Below, one piece after another: positions 56,761 to 64,000 of a stretch of 64,000 nt of DNA. A program made the position numbers and the translations under genes. The number at the start of each line of letters is the position of its first letter. Position 1 is the stretch's first letter. Source of the stretch: Octopus vulgaris (taxonomy: Eukaryota); NCBI GenBank assembly GCA_951406725.2, contig OX597838.1, forward strand, positions 682,001 through 746,000. Reading direction: 5' to 3'. Below the pieces are notes generated by a model. That model did no database searches. It saw only the letters and a program-made list of their open reading frames with translations, and had not been told where the DNA came from.

Positions 56761-58928
56761 AATATATATAAACCACGGTTTATTTAGTCACCTTACAGTT
56801 GAATATTAACTGTAATGTTCAACATTCTTTGTATCGGTAACTAACCAGTGCTTTCACAGGATTTTGCTATCCCTGAATCAGGTTTGTAACCTTTATATAT
56901 TTATATATATATATATACACACACACATACATACATACATACATACATACATACATACATACATACATACATACATACATACATACATACATACATGCAT
57001 GCATACATGTGTTTATATGTGACATTAGTGGAGATATTAGCGGTGTGGCCAATACTTCAGATATGACCGCTACCACCAAAATCAACGACCGCAATGATTA
57101 CTGTGATTGTTGTTCTTGTTGTTATGTGTGTAGAGGTGATAATAATGTTGGTGGTGCGTGTGGGGGGAGGGGAGGGGAGCCTTGGAACGTGTCCAGTGCA
57201 AAGTTGGATCTGTTGGTTTAAAGTGACCGGGAAGCTCTCTTCTCTCTTCTCAGATGCGTGTTATGTGGGACAAGCTTCATTCAACAGACCCATTTACACC
57301 TTCCCACCTCGGATACAATGTCTGTCAGTTGTTGTATAACCCTAGGTGTACCCTGAATTAACAGACCCCCACCCTATTCCACCGCCCACAATCTACGGCA
57401 GGGAATCAACTGAACGCCACACAGAACGCCAGGTAACCATCTTGTTGTGAATCCTGTGACAACTTCTAACAGGAAGTTGTAAACTTTTTACGGTGCTGCG
57501 GTTGTATTGTGGTGTTCTGGACAGTCCATGTCTGTATATTTGTAGATTCTGTGTGGTGGCCACATCAGAGATAGATAAGAGAAACACTGCATGGGCACAC
57601 AGTTACTTCCTCTCTTCACTCCCTTCATCACTTGTATCAATGTTAGTCATCCGAGAACAGTGTTTGCGGCCGATGACTCACTGTGTGTGTGTGTTTGTGG
57701 TTTGTGAATTATGCGGACGATGGAGGAAGTGATATTTTATAGGATTGTCTTGAAGGAACCTTCTGGGGTTGCGACTGTAAATATATCTGGATTAAGTGAA
57801 AGTACAGTGTGATTAGGATGGGATTGTAGTAGTGTTCTGTAATTTTGGAGATATATCTAGACCCTGGGAGTGGTGTAGCGTTGTTTTAATAGTTTTGTGG
57901 TGCTGTAGATGTGTTTCAGGTGACCACCACACCTGTTTGTGTCCATTATCGATCATTGGGATCAGGACAGAGAAACTGGTGCCTTGAAATCCATTGAAAT
58001 AACTCATAATAAATTGTGTGAGTACGTCTACCTGTGGAGAGTATAGGAAGAGTGCTAAAGTACGAATAATTTGCACTGTACAAATACCGAGGGATGTACA
58101 ATGAAGATGGAGTTTTGAAGAAGGGTCGGGTTACTGGACATAACGTTCTTACGATTGGCGGAGGGAATGGAGGCTGATGGTGGTGGTGGTGGTGGTGGTC
58201 GTAGAGAAAGGGCATGATGTTCATGGCGATGATGGTGGTTGTGGTGACGGTGGTGATAGATTTGTATTGATATAATTTAATTGTAATTTTTCTCTTTTAT
58301 TGATGTCATCTAATTAGTTTATTAACTGTCGTTCTTTTTTGTTAATATTGAGCATGTTGCTGTTGTTGTTGCTGTTGTTAGTGATAATAGTGATACAAGA
58401 GTTGAGATTAGCGTTTGTTATTGATACTTTTGGAATTGTTGTTGTTGTTGTTGGTTTCTCCTTGCTTTACATCCGAGATACGAATTGACTGAAGTTATGA
58501 AGGACAGTCACGGAATATTCACACTTACACCAGCCTCACTTCCCCCAACTCCACATCAATACATGCGTCTCCCCCCCTCCCCACCCATACTCCACCACTG
58601 CCATCATCACCGACGCCACCACCAAACACCATCTTGTTATATGTTGGGGGTCTCTGTTACATGGCTAGATGTCGCCACAGTGCAGTCGTAAATTGTTCTC
58701 ACAACGGAAGGTGGTGGCGGTGGCGGCGGCGGCGGTGGTGGTGGTAGTAGTTGTGGTGGTGGCGGCGGTGGTGGTGGTGGTGGTTGTGGTGGTTGTGGCG
58801 GTGGTGTTGTATATAGCAGCTGCTTCAGGAGATTGGAACCTTCCTGGGGGCGGGGTAGTAGTGAGGATAAAGGCTATATGATATTATATATATATATATA
58901 TAAATATATATATATATACACATATATA

Positions 58929-58961
<33 letters not shown>

Positions 58962-59067
58962 AGAGAGAGAGAGTCGTTCAGACAAAGAAATGAGACGAAA
59001 GATACTCAATACTTGTTGAGTTCATTCGTTCGATGTTTGATTCTGTCGCTACTTAATGTATCTCGTG

Positions 59068-59103
<36 letters not shown>

Positions 59104-59260
59104 CAAACAAGCAAATACGCACACATGTATATGTATATGTGTGTGTGTGTGTGTATATCTTTTGAATGTATATATATATATGTATGCATGTATGTGTGTG
59201 TATGTGTGTATGTATGTATATATATACATACATACATATATAAATATATATATATATATT

Positions 59261-59318
<58 letters not shown>

Positions 59319-60105
59319 GAGAAAGAGATGGATGCAGTATGAACACTGATGAGCTCTTTGTTGCAAGTTCAAATCTCTCGGAGGTCAGCTTCGTCATGCA
59401 TCTTTTACGTGTCCGTAAAAATAAAATAGTGATATAAATAAATAACCAAGAAAGTAGAGAGCTCGATGAAGTCGGCTGGTTTCGTCTTTATCTCCTCCCC
59501 CAATATACGGAGCGCTTGCATGAATTATATGAAATCCAGAAATCCGTGCGTCCAGATGTGTGTCTGCAACGGCGAGAGTAAGCCAATAGCATCGAGTTAA
59601 AACTGAAGTCTCTTTGAAGTCTGGTGTAAAGGAAATGTGTTATCAATGTTTTGAACATTGGCTCTTTTTCAGGATAGTGAAGAAAGAAAGTAAGAGAAAC
59701 AAACAGTGTCTTTGGGTGTTTTGTTCAAAAAATCTTGATAGTTATGAATACCGGAAGTGAAGTGTGTTGTAAGTTTGTGATTTCTAATAGAGGAGAGTGA
59801 AGGGTAGTAACCGACTGCTGGTCATGCGCAATACAATATCTTTCACATAAGTATTACATTTGTTTGTTACCATATCAAACTCGAACTTCTGCTTCATGGC
59901 AGAGAATTGGTGGAAATTGGTAGAGCGTCGAACGTAGCCTCTCTTCCGATTCTTTGTGATCTGGGTTCGAATTCCTCCTGAGGATCCAAGTATCGCAAAG
60001 AGCCAGGAGCTGGTCACCCGATCAGTGAAACACAATAAATCAAGGAATCTATAATGGTTAATGAAGAATTATGGTGGGCAGTGACGGCAGTTGAAAGACG
60101 ACGAC

Positions 60106-60145
<40 letters not shown>

Positions 60146-60490
60146 GTGGTGATGATGGTGATGATGATGATGGCGAGGAGGATGGTGGTGACCCTCACCC
60201 TATAATCTGTGTATGTCTGTTGCACGATATTCGACATTTCTTCAGTGAATAAACAATATTCTTCTTATAAATATTCTTGTGGAGTAACTTCAATGAGAAA
60301 CACCTTGCTTTTAGGTGTGTGGCCTATCTTACGATCTGTCTGTCTGTCTGTTGATGTATGCATGAATTTATGTATGTATGTATATGTGCGCGTATGTATA
60401 GTAGATATATGTATATATACAAAGAGAAAGAGAGATATATATATATAGAAAGAGAGTGTGTGTGTATGTATGCGTTTATACAGATAGGTA

Positions 60491-60543
<53 letters not shown>

Positions 60544-60837
60544 CGTGAAAAGTGTATATGGTTGATAAAAGAAGAAAGTGAAGGTATGTGAGAAGAAAAG
60601 GGGGAAGGGACAAACAGACAAAACACAATTGTAAGCGAAAGGAAATAAAACTGTAAACATACAGACTGAGACACACACACACACACACACGCACACACTC
60701 ACAAACACACACACACACATACACACACGCACACTCTCACACACACACACACACAAATACATGCGCGCGCCTCTTTCTCTTCCTATGTTTTCTCATTTTC
60801 AAAGTAGAAGACCAACAGGAGCGTATGTATAGACCCA

Positions 60838-60902
<65 letters not shown>

Positions 60903-62042
60903 GTGTATGTGAGGATGTGTGTATAATTCTTACGAATGTCAGTCTTCATTCATTCATACTGTCTAGACACACGCTGACGCACGCGGCTGCCAGTACATAC
61001 ATATATGTGTGTGTGTGTGTGTGTGCCTGTATGCGTATGTATGTGTGTGTGTGTATGTATATGTATATATATATCTATATTTGTGTGTGTGTGTATAAGA
61101 GGGGAGGTATATCTATATGTGTGCATATATATGTGTGTGTGTGTGTGTGTACGTATGTATACGTATGTATGTGTGTATGTTTGGAAATACACATATACAC
61201 TATGATGGTCAATGTAGTATTGCATACAACAGTATAGCTAAGGTTAAGGCAAGAGGTGCATTGCCAGAGATGCATGCCAGTGTATACATGCAAGTATATA
61301 CATTATATATACATACATACATACATACATACATACATACATACATACATACACACATACATACATACATACATACATGCATACATGTGTTTATATGTGT
61401 TTATATATATATATATATATACATACATATATATATATACATATATATATATATACGTATATATATATATATATATATATACATATATATACATACATAC
61501 ATATGCACGCACACATACACACACACACACACACACATATATCTATATATATTATATGTCTATACATATATGCATGTTTATATATATAAATACACACACA
61601 TGTATAGATGAATGCGGCGTTACAGTGTCAATTCAGTGACCATGAAACAATGATAAATTAACTCGTATACATATTCACACATATACACATACACATACGC
61701 ACATACACACGCACGCACACATGCACAAACGCACATGCATTTACTTTTCTACATACAGACATAATCAGACACATAATGGCGAAATATATCTATAGATACG
61801 CACCCGTCTATGAATATGCGCACACGCACACACACACATATGCAATATCTATGCTCGTGTATGTGTTTGCTTGTATTTATGAATGTAGGTCCGCATGCGC
61901 GGGCGCATGTGAGGAATAACAGAACGCGTTTATTGGAAACGCCATATTTTAAGACACATTTGCTGCGTACAAAGACAAGTTCAGTCAGATATAGCGACAA
62001 ACACAGACACACACATAATATATACATACAATACATGTATAA

Positions 62043-62078
<36 letters not shown>

Positions 62079-62168
62079 GTGTGTGTGTGTGCTGTATATA
62101 AGTATATATGATTATATTTATGCATATATGTATATTCATATCATATATGTTTTAATAATAAATATATT

Positions 62169-62211
<43 letters not shown>

Positions 62212-62254
62212 TAATATAAATAACACACATATCTCAAACAAACACACACATCCA

Positions 62255-62301
<47 letters not shown>

Positions 62302-62727
62302 TTCTCACAGAATGGCTGACTTCACATTAGTTATCTATTAATGGAGAGGCGGAAGTTGTGAAGTTTACGGAAAACAGTTGATAGCAAGGCATTTCAAGAG
62401 GATATTTAATTTCAGCTGAATAAAAGAAAAAAAATCCATTAACAAAAGAAATAAACAGTGTTATTCCATTTTTTCTTATTTTCTCGTAAGAAAATCTTGT
62501 TGAGATGTGGGGAAAAAAACAAATAAAACGGTTTGTGTAATTAACTGCGGCACTGCAAGGCGTGTCGTCTGCTCTTGATTTACGGAGGTTAAAGTTGAGA
62601 ATATCGTCTGATGCTGTGAGAGACTCTATATTCAGCAACAGTTAAAGCTTAACTATGAAAGTATATACCCGTGTGTATGTATAAACATCTCTGTAAGCAT
62701 ATACATATATATGTGTGTTTGTGGCTG

Positions 62728-62770
<43 letters not shown>

Positions 62771-62863
62771 TGTGCGTACATGTGTCTGTGTGTGCGTGTG
62801 AGTGCATGTCATCCTCTCTCTCACCCGCTCTCTCCCTATATATATATATGTATGCATGCATGT

Positions 62864-63700
62864 GTGCAGATTTATATGTTTTTGTTTTATGTACGTATTC
62901 TCATGCATATAGCTGCATATCTAGAGATGCTCATATATATTTAAATGATAAATATCTGGAAAGTTTTAGAGATTTTTACTGCTCCAGTAATGGATTGGCT
63001 CTGCAGTCTTCGAATTTCTGGTTTTGAGAAGCCTAATTTCTCAAGATAGGCATTTAGCCAGTGTGATACATATTCCAGGGCCCCAATAATTTCAGGTATA
63101 AACCTGAACTTGTAATCTGGATAGAGTAACTTCAGATTTCTCAAAAGTTCAGCATAGGTGTTCTCTCTTTCGCTGATCTTCAGTTTTATGTTAACAACCG
63201 CTGGGCAGCTAATTTCCACAACTGTACGCAGTTTCTCTTCTCTATCCCAAATCATCATATCAGGTCTCTTGTGTTTACATTTTATTGAGGTTTTCACTGG
63301 GACATTCCTCCAGTATTCCTTTTTATTATGAGTGGCTATGACTTCTACCATATTGTGGGTTCTTATTTCTTTGTCCTCGGGATTATCCTTCCGACGGATT
63401 TCATTATAGTGTGTTCTAGCTACAACATCATGTCTCATCGGTAAACGTCCAATCAAGCAGTTCAAATGTTGGCATCAGTACTGGCACTGCAAACACATTG
63501 TGGGCCACAGTTTTAGTGAATGCAGAGAGTTCAGAGGTCCAAGTTTTCTTTATTCGCCTGTAATACTCTTTAGTGACGCGTGTTTTGTTATAAGTGCCAT
63601 TGCAAGATATGTTTTCATCCACCCCTAGATACCTGTAACATTCCTCGTCAGATATCGGGGAAGTAGTCAAAACATTGATGGAGATGTTGCTAGCCTGATT
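62864..63700 (-). mobile_element. R4/Dong non-LTR retrotransposon, 5'-truncated and internally deleted (RT C-terminus plus RLE endonuclease)
   Basis: ORF 63428-63913 gives YRYLGVDE...KEYYRRIKKTWTSELSAFTKTVAHNVFAVPVL. ORF 62941-63465 gives RHDVVAR...KHKRPDMMIWD...VVEISCP...IIGAL. The 5' junction lies in (TATG)n. Confidence 0.9.
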
Positions 63701-63951
63701 TACAGTATATATGTATGTATATATGTATGCATGCATGCATGTATGTATGTATGTATGTATGTATGTATGTATGTATGTATGTATGTATGTATGTATGTAT
63801 GTATGTATGTATGTATGTATGCATGCATGTATGTATGTATGTATGTATGTATGTATGTATGTATGTATGTATGCATGTATGTATATCGAGTGTACAGTCA
63901 GATGCACGACCACTTGCGTCTATCATAATTTCTTACACATACATATATACA

Positions 63952-63993
<42 letters not shown>

Positions 63994-64000
63994 TCGCCAT

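Overview
Eukaryotic, microsatellite-saturated non-coding DNA. The SINE families, R4/Dong and RTE LINE relics and repeat landscape point to a cephalopod, most likely Octopus (inference from recognition, not from a search). I find no intact protein-coding gene. Nearly all ORF-track entries are translations of (TA)n, (CA)n, (TATG)n, (TATC)n, (CAT)n or (TAA)n. Recognisable content: (i) a decayed Penelope-like (PLE) RT fragment at 4.05-4.87 kb; (ii) five R4/Dong LINE fragments next to (TACA)n or (TAA)n runs; (iii) two RTE LINE 3' ends; (iv) many copies of 3-4 SINE families, one sharing its tail with an RTE copy in the window; (v) a probable solo LTR beside a hAT-like end. The most interesting signal is a set of small elements embedded in (TA)n, often folded back on themselves, that carry type I hammerhead ribozyme (HHR) folds. 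There are about 10 good and several decayed motifs from at least 6 sequence families. They show helix covariation, palindromic minimal helix III (dimer-type) and recurrent non-canonical cores (U3-A8, U4C, A6U, extra A after A9, purine-purine mismatch closing helix II). This looks like a diverse PLE-derived or retrozyme-like system; activity is untested. There are also exon-like islands without a continuous ORF, and clusters of ETS-like and RFX-like motifs.
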